DNA from: Tubiluchus corallicola | Lineage: Eukaryota > Animalia > Priapulida | Direction: 5' to 3' | Length of the DNA stretch: 64,000 nucleotides | Assembly: GCA_030141605.1 (NCBI GenBank) | Contig: JAQGDQ010001052.1 | Span: 3,465-67,464 of the forward strand | Part shown: one piece after another, positions 25,601 to 38,255 of the stretch | Layout: each line of letters starts with the position of its first letter | How positions within the stretch are numbered: position 1 is the stretch's first letter | Notes under the pieces: generated by a model | The model's input: only the letters and a program-made list of their open reading frames with translations | Told to the model about the DNA's origin: nothing | Databases searched by the model: none | Translations under genes and position numbers: made by a program

Positions 25601-28600
25601 GTTATGAGTGTATTGGAAACATTCGTTACTTTGTTGTTACTAAACTACTTTATTTCTGTCTTCAGGGCTGGCAGGAATGTAGAACAGCCAATATGTGCTC
25701 ATACTACAACTCATTAGCTGCAGCAGAGAGATGCAGAATTGAAAATTTAGAACCGTTTGACGAATATGAAGAATGGCACCTTAAGTGCAGTCATTACGTC
25801 GTGACGGTAGCGGCAAACGGAAACGGCTGTTCGTTGCTTCATGTAAGTTCTGGTAAGAAAGTGATCAGTTATCATGAGTTTTGGTTTGTTCGTTGCTTCA
25901 TGTAAGTTCTGGTAAGAAAGTGATCAGTTATCACAAGTTTTGGTTTGTTCGTTGCTGAATGTAAGTTCTGGTAAGAAAGTGATCAGTTATCATGAGTTTT
26001 GGTTTGTTCGTTGCTGCATGTAAGTTCTGGTAAGAAAGTGATCAGTTATCATGAGTTTTGGTTTGTTCGTTGCTGCATGTAAGTTCTGGTAAGAAAGTGA
26101 TCAGTTATCACGAGTTTTGGTTTGTTCGTTGCTTCATGTAAGTTCTGGTAAGAAAGTGATCAGTTATCATGAGTTTTGGTTTGTTCGTTGCTGAATGTAA
26201 GTTCTGGTAAGAAAGTGATCAGTTATCATGAGTTTTGGTTTGTTCGTTGCTTCATGTAAGTTCTGGTAAGAAAGTGATCAGTTATCACGAGTTTTGGTTT
26301 GTTCGTTGCTTCATGTAAGTTCTGGTAAGAAAGTGATCAGTTATCATGAGTTTTGGTTTGTTCGTTGCTTCATGTAAGTTCTGGTAAGAAAGTGATCAGT
26401 TATCATGAGTTTTGGTTTGTTCGTTGCTGCATGTAAGTTCTGGTAAGAAAGTGATCAGTTATCATGAGTTTTGGTTTGTTACTAACTGAAGTTGTAGCTT
26501 AAGCGACATTTCTTCTGCTGTCTTGATTCTTCCTTTTGTTTCTCTTCTTTTTGTTCTTGTTCTTGTGATTGTTCTACTTGCCGTTCTGGTGATTTATTTA
26601 CGATACATTTCAATGGATTTCAGTTCGTGTTTTAAACCTTTTTTGGAAGCCTTTCCTAGATGCTTTCTTCGCAATATTAATTTACTAAATGTTTTTTTAA
26701 TAAATAAACTTTTTATGTCAGAATAATAGGTGTGCGGTAAAAATGGCACAGGTAAAAATGACACCAAAAAATACACAAATGGAAAAGTAAGGAAAAATAT
26801 GTGTCACGTATATTATTTTGATGCAAGTGATTTCTATAATAAAACTAGAATGTGCTCTATAGATCTCTGCCAAAGCTATACAGTTTTAAACTTATTCTTC
26901 TGATTCTTTTGATAAAAAAATTAACACACACACATATATATAAACAAGCAAACATACAAGAATGTATCTGTATTGGTATTATATAGACTAGCAAAATATT
27001 TGTTCATTAAATAGATTTATAATCAATAATGCGTAAATATTCCACGTAGTGTTTAAAATATCTATCTTTTTCATCATTGATTTCCGCCATGGTAATAGAC
27101 TGACAGATACATACATACCAAGTTAACTTATAAGGCTATACAAATTATTAAGCAAAGGTTATAGACTGTGCCATTTTTACCGTGGCAGTTTTTTCCTGTG
27201 CTCTTTTTACCTGTGCCATTTTTACCTACATTTGTCAGAATGGATTTTTTTTCTGATATTAACGCTTTTATTGTTGCATAAATTCATCATATCGTCTCTT
27301 TCATGTATGTTTTTCTGTACTGCACTGGTATGTTAATTGTGTAAGTTTTGCGCTATCTAAATGTTTGCAATTATGGCTAGTTTTATGCTCTATAATTATT
27401 TCATGTATATTATTTCAGGAAATTCCTCAAACTACTCTACTAAATTATGAGCCATACACAGAGAATAAACTCCAGAGGTGGCAGTTACGTAGTCATTCGG
27501 AATTTCAAGCAAAAATGTTTGGCCACTGCAGCGTAGAGATTGATGGGGTAGCATTCGTTGTGGGTGGCTTTGGAACTGTGGGGTCTGATAGTGAAAAACA
27601 CCAGAGATTATCTAATGTATTGGCAGTGGAAATGCAAAGTGGTTCTTGGACCAACTTGAGTCCTCCAGTAAGGGAATGTGGTATGAAAATCAACTGTTCT
27701 ATAGTTAAAGTCCCGTCTAGACTATCATGCACGCAGGATGATATGTTGCGCATGCGAGTGAATGACACTCAAAAGCGAGGATGTTGACCTGCCCGAATGA
27801 CGGCTTTCCATGATACCAGTGAAATTCAATGTGCACATGTGTTCCCGATAACTTTTTCCCAGTTAAGATTTGCCCAATCAGAGGCCCAAACTTTGTCACA
27901 TGACTATTAATGTTGTTGTAGAGTTCTGTTTTCAATTTGGATAACCGATTAGTCTAAACGCAGGATTCATATAATAATAACAATAATAATAATAATCTTT
28001 ATTTAAAGTCGGCTTTTGGGTCAACAATTAACATTAGCTCAAAGAGCTATCATCGCCGACTGTAAATAACAACCTACATCTACATAACAGAGACTATTAT
28101 TACCCCACTTTTTACCCTAAATACCACACGTCAGGCAGGGCAACAGCAGGTACCATTTTTGAAGTTTTTGGTATGACCCGGCCGCTGGTTCGAACTCACG
28201 ACCTCCCAGACGGAAAGCAGATGCGTTATCACTAGACTAAACCGTCTGGTCAAATCATCAGGAATGCAAGATATGCAAGAATGATAACTTTGAGTGTCAC
28301 TGACTCACAGTTTTAACACGTGGTAGTCTAGACTAGGAATTATTTAAGAATTCTGAAACAACGTCGCCGTAGAAAACAAAACTAGTAAACTGAAGTTTTG
28401 TGCTTGAACGTTTGAAAATGAAGTTTCGTTCAAAGTGTTTTTGTGTTTTATTTTCCAGAATTTGCCACGCTTACAAAGTTGTGTGAAAACTTAATACTTC
28501 TGGGTGGACGAACGTCTCCGCTTAAACCTCTTGTCACTGTGACATCTCTGCAAGCTCAGCAACTTTTATCTGACTATGCTGTGAAAAGATTTTGCAGTGT

Positions 28601-31600
28601 TGCCTGCGAGAAATCCTCCTCGCGTTTTACTCGTGATAGGACGCAAAGTAAAAACGTTGAAGTTGAAAATCCATGTAAAAATCATCAAAAAGATAACGGA
28701 TGCGCGGTTTCCATGGTAACTTGTGACTTTTATCCCAGGTGGCGACACACGGCGACTGCCGTTTCTTACGACGGCGAGCCGTGCTTGTTCGTTTACGGTG
28801 GAAGAAGTATAAACAAAGGACACCATGACGGCGAAAAATGGAATTTTCCCTTGGAAAAAAGGGATAGAAAATATTTAGTGTTAGAAGATAGTTTACTGGC
28901 AAGAGTTGTTGCAAATAAAGTCAAGTGGACAAAGGTCAGTTTAATTGAAAGCCTCTTTCTGTTGACTTTGAATGGATTTAGCTATTATTAGGTGGCGAAT
29001 AAACTTAACTGCCTAATGGTTAATCCACTTCTAGTCAGTTCATACTTTAACCCTTTCACTACGGCAGGTGATAAATGCTGCTTGTTTTTCATGCATGGGT
29101 CGGAAGATGGTAGACTGCCACCCAAACTCAGCACTAAGCGCAGACATCCAGGTCTGTTTATTTCACTGCTAAGGCCATGCAAAACATTGTAGAAATGTTT
29201 AACAGCCGTGGGATTGGGGTTGCTTTGCACCAAGTAATGCTAACTGGCCAATCAGCATCTGAAGCCAGGTGCATTCCACAATACTGTACTGTATGGTATG
29301 TTCCCATACAAAATAATTTGTGCATTGTTGATGAAACGCATGTTTAGTTGATTGTTCTGCATTCTTATAAAATGATTGAATATTATGGATTAGTATTGTC
29401 TTTTGTGAAAACTGGTTTCTAAATATAAGTAAGTACATGCTTATTTATGAGGGTGTGCACGTGTGTGTGTGCGTGCGTGTGTGCATGCGTGTGTGTGTGC
29501 ACATGTGCGTGCATGTATGTGTGCTCGTATGTGTGTGCATTGTGGAGAAATAAAGCTAATATTTAATATTAGTACTCAATAACAAACAACTATTTGTTTA
29601 TTTACAAGGTTTGTTTGCGTAACACACCACAAGAAGTTATTGACAAATGTACAAAAGTCAATGTGGCCCAATTAAAAAGCAACTGTGTAGTGAAACTGTT
29701 AATGTATTCACTTTGGATAGCTCATTTTAAACACGTTTCTATACTGTTTACTTTAGTTTATCGCAGTTGGAGAAAGTCCGGGACCAAGATTCAGTCATAC
29801 GTGTTCTCATTGGAATGATAAACTTGTGCTGGCATGTGGACTCAATGAACATTATCAGCCTCTTGGTTCCGTATTCATTTTAGATTTGTCTAGGAAAGAA
29901 TGGCGTGAACTCAAAGTTTTTCCGAAGTTGAGACCCAGGTCAGTAAACTGTTTTTACAGGTAGAATTAATGGTGATAGTAATTAGTGCAAGGTGCAAAAC
30001 TGAATAATTGCTGTGTGTGCTTAGAGACACAAGTTAAGCAATGCTAAATCTGTTGAATAAACTGCAGTAGTTGTGTATGTTCTGAGTAGTTTTGTCTGCC
30101 ACGCTGCCTCTGGTTGGAGGATATTTATGCTGTCCGAATGTTGCTCAGTCGAGACCGATGCTCGTGTAGTGTTTCTTAGGGTTTTTATTCATGATAATCA
30201 AATACATCCTGGTCCTTCCACAACTATCTATATTGACTATTTTTGATTGCTGGATAAATAAATAACATGTGGTATTGGGAATGTGCTGGTTTGAGTGCTT
30301 CGTTGTGAATGATTTTTCAGTCATGCCGTTATAATAATGTTATTTTCTTCATGTTAGGAGCAGTGCAGTCCCTTCACAGAACTAATCTGGCCCCGTTAGT
30401 CGTTAAAATAAAGCGATTTTGTCTCTAAGAACTCGAGAGTTTAGGGGATTTTATCTGCCGACATCAGTAGGATTAAAAATCATTTTAGTGGGGGTGCTTG
30501 TTTAGAAAATTGTTGACCATTGTTTTAATATTGCATAAAACGAAACAAACATATAAAAGGAAAATTTAGTTATAAAGAAACACTAACTCACACTTGCACA
30601 ACAGGGTCGGCACTGCATGAGCGACAGTGCTTTTTCTACCTAGCATGCAGCTTATCTCAGACAAGTGCACATGGACGCATGCACACAACAGCCAAACACT
30701 GTGTCGCTGGAACTGTGAAACGCGCAGTTTCGTACAAGAATTTTTGTGAATTTTTTCATGAACTAATGGCTACTGACATTAAACTTAAAGATTATATAAT
30801 GTACGACTATAAAGAAAGAATTAAAGAAAAAGACTCGTATTGAATGTCATTTATCGCATCAAGTGAAAATAGGGGGTGCTGCAGTACCGCAGTACCTATA
30901 CACGAGCCACCGCTGGCATTGTCATGTAGTTTTGTTTTTAAGGTTTTATGTGTAGCCTATCTATTATTCAATTTTTGTAGGTACGAGACTATAACTAACT
31001 GGGTAGTATTCATTTTAATGAAAGTTTGTATTTTTATGCAACATTTTTTTTACATTTAGGTATTCACACACTGCACACGTTGTACATGGATGTTTAATAT
31101 TAGTCGGTGGAGTTAGTACAGACTGTGAGCATGCTCCCGGTGTAGCAATAATAAATCTAGATACCGGTCGTCATCAGGAATTCAAACTGCCTGTGAGTAC
31201 GAAACAAAAAATCTGTCGCTTTTTCACTGTTAATTTTGCCACTAAATCTGGATCGTTCGGGGACTTTAGGGTTTTTAGGGTTGCATTGTTGGAACCCATT
31301 TTGCAAATTTTTCACGTTGAAAGAAAAGCTAACCCTGCATTGTTGGAACCCATTTTGCAAGTTTTTCACGTTAAAAGAAAAGTTCACCGTGCATTGTTGG
31401 AACCCATTTTGCAAGTTTTTCACGTTAAAAGAAAAGCTAACCATGCATTGTTAGAACCCATTTTGCAAGTTTTTCACGTTAAAAGGAAAGTTAGCCATGC
31501 ATTGTTGGAACCCATTTTGCAAGTTTTTCACGTTAAAAGGAAAGTTAGCCATGCATTGTTGGAACCCATTTTGCAAGTTTTTCACGTTAAAAGGAAAGTT

Positions 31601-33201
31601 AGCCATGCATTGTTGGAACCCATTTTGCAAGTTTTTCACGTTAAAAGAAAAGCTAACCATGCATTGTTGGAACCCAGTTTGCAAGTTTTTCACGTTAAAA
31701 GGAAAGTTAGCCGTGCATTGTTGGAACCCATTTTGCAAGTTTTTCACGTTAAAAGGAAAGTTAGCCATGCATTGTTGGAACCCATTTTGCAAGTTTTTCA
31801 CGTTAAAAGAAAAGCTAACCATGCATTGTTGGAACCCATTTTGCAAGTTTTTCACGTTAAAAGGAAAGTTAGCCGTGCATTGTTGGAACCCATTTTGCAA
31901 GTTTTTCACGTTAAAAGGAAAGTTAGCCGTGCATTGTTGGAACCCATTTTGCAAGTTTTTCACGTTAAAAGAAAAGCTAACCCTGCATTGTTGGAACCCA
32001 TTTTGCAAGCTTTTCACGTTAAAAGAAAAGTTAACCGTGCATTGTTGGAACCCATTTTGCAAGTTTTTCACGTTAAAAGGAAAGTTAGCCGTGCATTGTT
32101 GGAACCCATTTTGCAAGTTTTTCACGTTAAAAGGAAAGTTAGCCGTGCATTGTTGGAACCCATTTTGCAAGTTTTTCACGTTAAAAGGAAAGTTAGCCGT
32201 GCATTGTTGGAACCCATTTTGCAAGTTTTTCACGTTAAAAGAAAAGTTAACCGTGCATTGTTGGAACCCATTTTGCAAGTTTTCCACGTTAAAAGAAAAG
32301 TTAACCGTGCATTGTTGGAACCCATTTTGCAAGTTTTTCACGTTAAAAGAAAAGTTAACCATGCATTGTTGGAACCCATTTTGCAAGCTTTTCACGTTAA
32401 AAGAAAAGTTAACCATTCTGTAAAGTTAGAAATGTGCAGGAAAAATGTTAGAAGTATTTAGTAATAGAACTGTGGTAAGCATCTTTCGTGATTAGTGAAA
32501 TAACTTTAAACTCATGATCATTTCACGCTTGGATGCTTCCGATTTGAATGTCATTCATCGGTTGAAAAAAGGCAGCACACTATTAATTTCCGTCAAATGT
32601 ATAAGTTTCTCCTAGAAATTAAATAACTAATCTTGTGGTATTTTTGGATGAGCATTAAGTAGGCTGCAAAAGTGTGAATTAGCTTTACGCTTTACAAACT
32701 GTTTTTTGCAAGTTTTTTTGTTATATTTTTCTAAGTTTGAGTGATAATAGTAAAATAAACCAACATGTTTAGTGACTTGTCCTTTGCTTTAAGCCTCCAT
32801 TGCCTGTTTATTATAAGTTGCAGTTGAGCTTGTATGCAAAATAAGAGTGGCCTGTAGTAGATACTGTATAACATTGATCATTTTTATTGAATCACTTAAG
32901 AAGCATGAGTCACAACAAATCAAATTCTCCCGCACACGAGTGTTCAGTGGATAAGAATTCTGTTTCGCTTGCTGGTTGCTTTTCTCGTGTGTGAAAACAA
33001 CTGCAATATTTTCATCTTTGTTTTCAGGAGCAAGAAGATTCACATCCAGTCTTGCTCCACGGACACACTTCTCATCTCCATAGCGACGGGAAGCTGATTG
33101 TCGTAGGCGGTGGTGGCAACTGTTTCTCATTCGGCACACATTTGAACTCATCCCCGTTGCTGATGGATTTACGTCCTTGCTTTCAGTCAGTCGAACTTTG
33201 A
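19557..33201 (+). CDS. LCMT2: tRNA wybutosine-synthesizing protein 4 / leucine carboxyl methyltransferase 2 (LCM domain plus Kelch repeats), multi-exon; start-codon exon not resolved
   Basis: Exons 19557-19681, 20796-21073, 23723-23870, 24670-24859, 25666-25842, 27419-27680, 28459-28934, 29757-29938, 31060-31192, 33028-33201 (2145 nt, in phase). Motifs: QGTNDSS..SK, RRTPLINRGYY, QIVSFGAGFDS, FEVDF, SECVLTY, EPFDEYEEW, Kelch RWRHTA/RFSHT/RYSHT, and C-terminal GGGGNCFSFGTHLN followed by TGA. Confidence 0.95.
19853..20075. mobile_element. Short element with AGTTTACAATT inverted ends and a degenerate TTAGGG core
   Basis: Related copies at ~5388-6052 (hosting the 5S-SINE) and ~43812-44803 (tandemly amplified). 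Confidence 0.6.
20796..21073 (+). CDS. LCMT2: LCMT2 exon b
   Basis: GYYVRVK...QIVSFGAGFDSSFFRL...FEVDF. Confidence 0.95.
21271..22628. repeat. 52-bp tandem repeat, ~26 copies
   Basis: Unit ACAAGAAACATTCGATGACCTAAAACAAGTAAAGATGACAGATTTTTAAAGG. Confidence 0.97.
23032..23394. mobile_element. MITE family E copy
   Basis: TIR TACACTCACATCT; inverted homolog at 25155-25612, and fragments at ~20360-20513, ~47270-47380 and ~51915-52090. Confidence 0.78.
23723..23870 (+). CDS. LCMT2: LCMT2 exon c
   Basis: LNSRNYKAVGADLCNL...PTLFLSECVLTYVDVP. Confidence 0.93.
24670..24859 (+). CDS. LCMT2: LCMT2 exon d
   Basis: SSAVIRW...YEQVYPNDGFGLCMRQHF...QRYLSL. Confidence 0.93.
25155..25612. mobile_element. MITE family E copy (inverted)
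   Basis: TIR TACA.TC.TA.CT.GGTTTGCCGGAC. Confidence 0.78.
25666..25842 (+). CDS. LCMT2: LCMT2 exon e (donor amplified in the 59-bp array)
   Basis: GWQEC...LEPFDEYEEWHLKCSHYV...LLH. The phase-0 donor CAT|gtaagt is required by the phase of the next exon. Confidence 0.88.
25828..26480. repeat. 59-bp tandem repeat, 11 copies, spanning an LCMT2 exon/intron donor
   Basis: Unit TGTTCGTTGCTTCAT|GTAAGTTCTG|GTAAGAAAGTGATCAGTTATCATGAGTTTTGGTT. Confidence 0.97.
26725..27232. mobile_element. Mutator-like MITE
   Basis: Inverted ends built from GGTAAAAATGGCACA subrepeats; 9-bp TSD TGTCAGAAT. Confidence 0.78.
27419..27680 (+). CDS. LCMT2: LCMT2 exon f
   Basis: EIPQ...MFGHCSV...VVGGFG (Kelch). Confidence 0.85.
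28101..28251 (-). mobile_element. tRNA-derived SINE with V-SINE-like core
   Basis: Minus strand shows an A box and a B box (GAGTTCGAACC), then GGTCATACCAAAAACTTCAAAAATGGTACC, resembling the V-domain start. Confidence 0.65.
28459..28934 (+). CDS. LCMT2: LCMT2 exon g
   Basis: LLGGRTSPLKP...PRWRHTATAV...FVYGGRS. Confidence 0.88.
29757..29938 (+). CDS. LCMT2: LCMT2 exon h
   Basis: GESPGPRFSHTCSHWNDKLVLACGL (Kelch). Confidence 0.9.
31060..31192 (+). CDS. LCMT2: LCMT2 exon i
   Basis: RYSHTAHVVHGCLILVGGVS. Confidence 0.92.
31283..32416. repeat. 54-bp tandem repeat, ~21 copies (intronic)
   Basis: Unit GCATTGTTGGAACCCATTTTGCAAGTTTTTCACGTTAAAAGGAAAGTTAGCC(A/G)T. Confidence 0.97.
33028..33201 (+). 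CDS. LCMT2: LCMT2 last coding exon
   Basis: LLHGHTS...IVVGGGGNCFSFGTHLN...EL*. Confidence 0.95.
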   Translation, partial: EQEDSHPVLLHGHTSHLHSDGKLIVVGGGGNCFSFGTHLNSSPLLMDLRPCFQSVEL

Positions 33202-33225
33202 TTGAAAGTGCTGAGTCAATTTTCA

Positions 33226-35107
33226 GTGAGATGTTAGAGCTGAATTTGTCATCGTTGGTGACAACAGTGAGTGTGAGATGTTAGAGCTGAATTTTTCACT
33301 ATTGGTGACAACAGTGAGTGTGAGGTGTTAGAGCTGAGTTTGTCACCATTGGTGACAATAGTGAGTGTGAGATGTTAGAGCTGAATTTGTCACCATTGGT
33401 CACAACAGCGAGTATGAGATGTTAGAGCTAAATTTGTCACCATTGGTCACAACAGTGAGTATGAGATGTTAAAGTTGAATTTCTCACCATTGGTGACAAT
33501 AGTGAGTGTGAGGTGTTAGAGCTGAATTTGTCACCATTGGTCACAACAGTGAGTGTGAGATGTTAGAGCTGAATTTGTCATCATTGGTCACAACAGTGAG
33601 TGTGAGATGTTAGAGCTGAATTTGTCACCATTGGTCACAACAGTGAGTGTGAGATGTTAGAGCTGAATTTGTCACCATTGGTGACAACAGTGAGTGTGAG
33701 GTGTTAGAGCTGAATTTATCACCATTGGTGACTACAGTGAGTGTGAGATGTTAAAGCTGAATTTTTCACCATTGGTGACTACAGTGAGTGTGAGATGTTA
33801 GAGCTGAATTTGTCACCACTGGTGACAACAGTGAGTGTGAGATGTTAGAGCTGAATTTGTCACCATTGGTCACAACAGTGAGTGTGAGATGTTAGAGCTG
33901 AATTTGTCCCCATTGGTCACAACAGTGAGTGTGAGGTGTTAGAGCTGAATTTGTCACTATTGGTGACAATAGTGAGTGTGAGATGTTAGAGCTGAATTTG
34001 TCACCATTGGTGACAACAGTGAGTGTGAGATGTTAGAGCTGAATTTGTCACTATTGGTCACAACACTGAGTATGAGATGTTAGAGCTGAATTTGTCACTA
34101 TTGGTGACAATAGTGAGTGTGAGATGTTAGAGCTGAATTTGTCACCATTGGTGACAACAGTGAGTGTGAGGTGTTAGAGCTGAATTTGTCACCATTGGTG
34201 ACAACAGTGAATGTGAGGTGTTAGAGCTGAATTTGTCACCATTGGTGACAACACTGAGTGTGAGGTGTTAGAGCTGAATTTGTCACTATTGGTGACAATA
34301 GTGAGTGTGAGATGTTAAAGCTGAATTTCTCACCATTGGTGACAACACTGAGTGTGAGGTGTTAGAGCAGAATTTTTCACCATTTGTGACAATAGTGAGT
34401 GTGAGGTGTTAGAGCTGAATTTTTCACCATTGGTGACAATAGTGAGTGTGAGATGTTAGAGCTGAATTTCTCACCATTGGTGACAATAGTGAGTGTGAGG
34501 TGTTAGAGCTGAATTTGTCACTATTGGTGACTACAGTGAGTGTGAGGTGTTAAAGCTGAATTTCTCACCATTGGTGACAATAGTGAGTGTGAGATGTTAA
34601 AGCTGAATTTGTCACCATTGGTCACAACAGTGAGCGTGAGATGTTAGAGCTGAATTTGTCACCATTGGTGACTACAGTGAGTGTGAGATGTTAGAGCTGA
34701 ATTTGTCACCATTGGTGACTACAGTGAGTGTGAGATGTTAGAGCTGAATTTGTCACCATTGGTGACTACAGTGAGCGTGAGATGTTAAAGCTGAATTTGT
34801 CACCATTGGCGACAACAGTGAGTGTGAGATGTTAGAACTGAATTTCTCACCATTGGTGACAACAGTGAGTGTGAGGTGTTAGAGCTGAATTTGTCACCAT
34901 TTGTGACAACGGTGTGTGTGAGGTGTTAGAGCAGAATTTTTCACCATTGGTCACAACAGTGAGTGTGAGGTGTTAGAGCTGAATTTGTCACCATTTGTGA
35001 CAACGGTGTGTGTGAGGTGTTAAAGCTGAATTTCTCACCATTGGTGACAATAGTGAGTGTGAGGTGTTAGAGCTGAATTTCTCACCATTGGTGACAACAG
35101 CGAGTGT
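33226..35107. repeat. 47-bp tandem repeat, ~40 copies, in the probable LCMT2 3' UTR
   Basis: The unit contains the palindrome TTGTCACCA-T-TGGTGACAA; the array starts ~25 nt after the stop codon. Confidence 0.97.
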
Positions 35108-35280
35108 TGTGACCTATGTCTCATTAGCTCAATTAAACTTTGGATATGTGAGTCATTAAACAGGAGCTATAGAAACACTGTTACCTTAAAATTACTACTC
35201 GAGCATTGAGTTGTCACTTAAAGCAAGTGTTCTTCTGGTGATAAACTAAATTTAAAGCTTTGGTCATTAATAAGATTTTT

Positions 35281-35311
35281 AATAAAATTAATGAACAAGC
35301 CTGTTAATAAA
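35281..35311 (+). other. Candidate LCMT2 polyadenylation signals
   Basis: The first AATAAA hexamers after the stop codon are at 35281 and 35306, downstream of the 47-bp array. Confidence 0.4.
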
Positions 35312-35999
35312 CTGTTTTGTCATGTGATGGCTGTACGTTGTCATTGCAATTGTGTATTTTCTGAGATGAGTGCAAGTGTTGCTGCATATTATTATTATCT
35401 GAAATTTTTTTCAATATTGGTTCCGTACTAATTGAGGACGTTTAAGAAACTAGGCAAATTACGGAATTGTAATTTATTTGTTGTAATGCATTTTTACTGT
35501 AAATATTATTTATTTGTTTGGTTTATTTAGTGGAATTTTGATTAATTATTTTGTTTTTAGAAAAAATGAATTATTATCCGTATCAACTGTGCAATTATTG
35601 ATCATATGAAAATCGAATTTCATTTAAAGTCAGGTTTTACATAAACATTAAAAACACTCCTAACAGCTATAAACACTCCACAAAGCTAGTCTACTGAAAT
35701 AAAAAGTTGGTTAAATCGTAAAAACATCTTACAATTATACTTCTAAAATAATTTGGAGCCTAGCAGACATTAAAATGGATACTTAGATAAAATGCTAAAA
35801 TTAACTGTGTTTCTTTAATCGAGTATAATCAATTGAGCTAAAGTCACATTTCAGAACAGCTTATATTTTAAATGTACAGTGTAATGAGAAAATGTAAAAC
35901 ATCAATTCAAGCGATATGCAGTACATATACATTCGTCATCTTTCCACAAGTTTATCATAGGGGTTTTTAAACATACCATAGCTAAATGCATTTCGTACA

Positions 36000-37340
36000 T
36001 CGTTTGGCAACTTATTTCACAAAACTGCAGCTGAATATCAAAAAAGAATTTAAACGGTATTTAGTAGATTCAACCTGTGGTACATTTTCAATTTTATCAT
36101 ATCGGAAAGACTGTCTTAATTCTATAATTGCTACAAGGTCACGTAAGTAGCTAGGTCCTTCTTTGTTTAGACTTCTAAATGTTTGTAAGGCTAATGTTCT
36201 TATGTGACTTATGCGCAGAGAAGCCATTTTTGATTTGTTTAGCAGGATTTCAACTTGAGCCATAATTGCTGTATGCCAATGACCTTTTTTGAATTTTTTC
36301 AAATTTGCTCGTTACTGCATGACTGCTAAAATGCCAAACAAATGACAGTAATTAAGGTTTGATGTATATACAGGCTGCATAAGATTATGGATATCCATAA
36401 AATAAGACCAAAAATCAATAAAATAAAATTTGAAAAATCCATAAAATAAGAAATGCATAAAATAAAAAAACATTTTTTTTGTGATGTTTTGTACAAAATA
36501 AGGCAATCAAAACTGAATACAGGCATTGGATCGGAAACTTCAGCCTAGAGGGCATTCTACATTCGTACCACATAGATGAATTATTTAAACTGAAGTGATG
36601 AATTACAAGGCATTGTCTCGTAAAATTTGATTAAATTTGAAGTGATATGAAACCGATAAAATTAAAACGAAACTGATAAAACTAAAACTAAGTCCTGCGT
36701 GTTTAAAAACACGTTTCAAGCACTCCTGTTTTTACTTTTTAATTTATTTCCCCCTGGGCATCTCGTTCCAGATATAGTCTATTTCTTATTTTATTGATAT
36801 CCATAAAATAAAATTTCAAAAATGCATAAAATAAGCTATTTTATACATATCCATAACCTTATGCACACTGTGTATATAGTATGAAAGAATGATATATTAT
36901 TGTAATTCTTCTGCTTAGAGTTAGGCATCTCCCATTTGTTTTTTGTTTTGATTCTTTTTTTTTGCTAATATGTGAGATGTGGGTATCGAACTTTAATAGA
37001 TTATCTGCAATGAGTCCCAAGATTTTTATTTGATTTTACATGTACCAACGTTGAAGTCTAGATTTAGTGCTTTTGGTTCATTTCGAAACAGCAATAGCGT
37101 GAACTTTTCTGGATTAACTTTTACGCATTTATCTTCAAACCATTTGATCTTTTTGTTAGATTATAAGTTTCTAACACAGGTTTAAGGTTTGTGGCAGACT
37201 CTGCACTGCATGATAGCAGGTGACAGTCAGCGTAAAATATATATTTTTCCATTGCCAGTAAATCTAAAAATATCATTAATAAAGACGTAAAATAATATAG
37301 GCCCAAGAATTTACCTTTGTGGGACGCCTTTAGGACCTGT
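36000..37340 (-). mobile_element. Decayed CR1/L2-like LINE RT fragment, split by a MITE
   Basis: GVPQG..LG..YAD..NGLKIN remnants at 37121-37340, and NYCHL / PSYLRDL remnants at 36012-36370. Confidence 0.65.
36371..36870. mobile_element. hAT-type MITE
   Basis: TIR CAG..TGCATAAG.TTATGGATAT, 8-bp TSD TGTATATA on both sides, subterminal CATAAAATAA repeats. Confidence 0.85.
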
Positions 37341-38255
37341 TGATAATTTTAGCCTGCATTGTTTGTATTATTACCTGTATTAATGAATACTACCACAGCA
37401 TGTTTAATCCTTATTTTTGTAAACAGTATATTGTCACAGTAATCACGAATTCACAAGATATACATTCCAGACTCGAGAGTGAATAAAAAGAAAGCCACAT
37501 CCACTATGGGACAACAGCACAAAATTTATTCCCTGCTTTTCAAACGAATTTGTGCTTTGACGTAGCCGTAATTGAATTGCGGTAAAATTATGCTTTATCG
37601 TGTTTCAATGTGAGCTGTTTCGACACTATACTACAAACAGTAGCATCTACTGTCTATTTATTAGTAACATTTATCCAGTACAGCCTCACTGGTCATCCTG
37701 CTCATTGACAATAAAGAATTTCTGTTTCTTTTCGTACTGTTCCTTTTCTTTTCTCTCTCATCTTGTGTCACAGTTTGCAAATACTGGTCGTTCGCTGCGA
37801 TTGGAAATCACATGTGATCGCGAACTTGTTTGAAGATTTCCATGTTTTTTTCTACGCGCTGATTTTCACGTTTTTTATAACAAAGCAGTTTTCTAAAGAT
37901 TTACTTAGCTGTGCTGGAATCTGAAAAGTGAGCGCTACGGAATGATTTATACTATTAAATAATTTGATTTTTAAATCATACATATTAATTTCGGTGGTTT
38001 CTGGATTTATATATAAGATTCGAGGCTACAGCTCCGACGACGGCACCATTTCGGCGATCTATGTAATTATCAAACGAAAGTCTATCTAGTGTCGATATCA
38101 TCGCAAGAGCGAAAATCTTCGCAGCCGGCAAAAATGTCGGCTAGCTCGACTCGTATCACTGAGCAGCTGGCGTGACTAAAGTTGGGTCTCTTATCGGCTA
38201 GGTCAACCGTAGAAATAAACCTGCTGGCGCGGCTCTTACTTAGTCTGTGTATAGC

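Noticed and set aside
31193-32461. 422-, 321- and 308-aa ORFs in three frames
   Set aside because: Artefacts of a stop-poor 54-bp intronic repeat; the 422-aa ORF begins at the GT donor of LCMT2 exon i.
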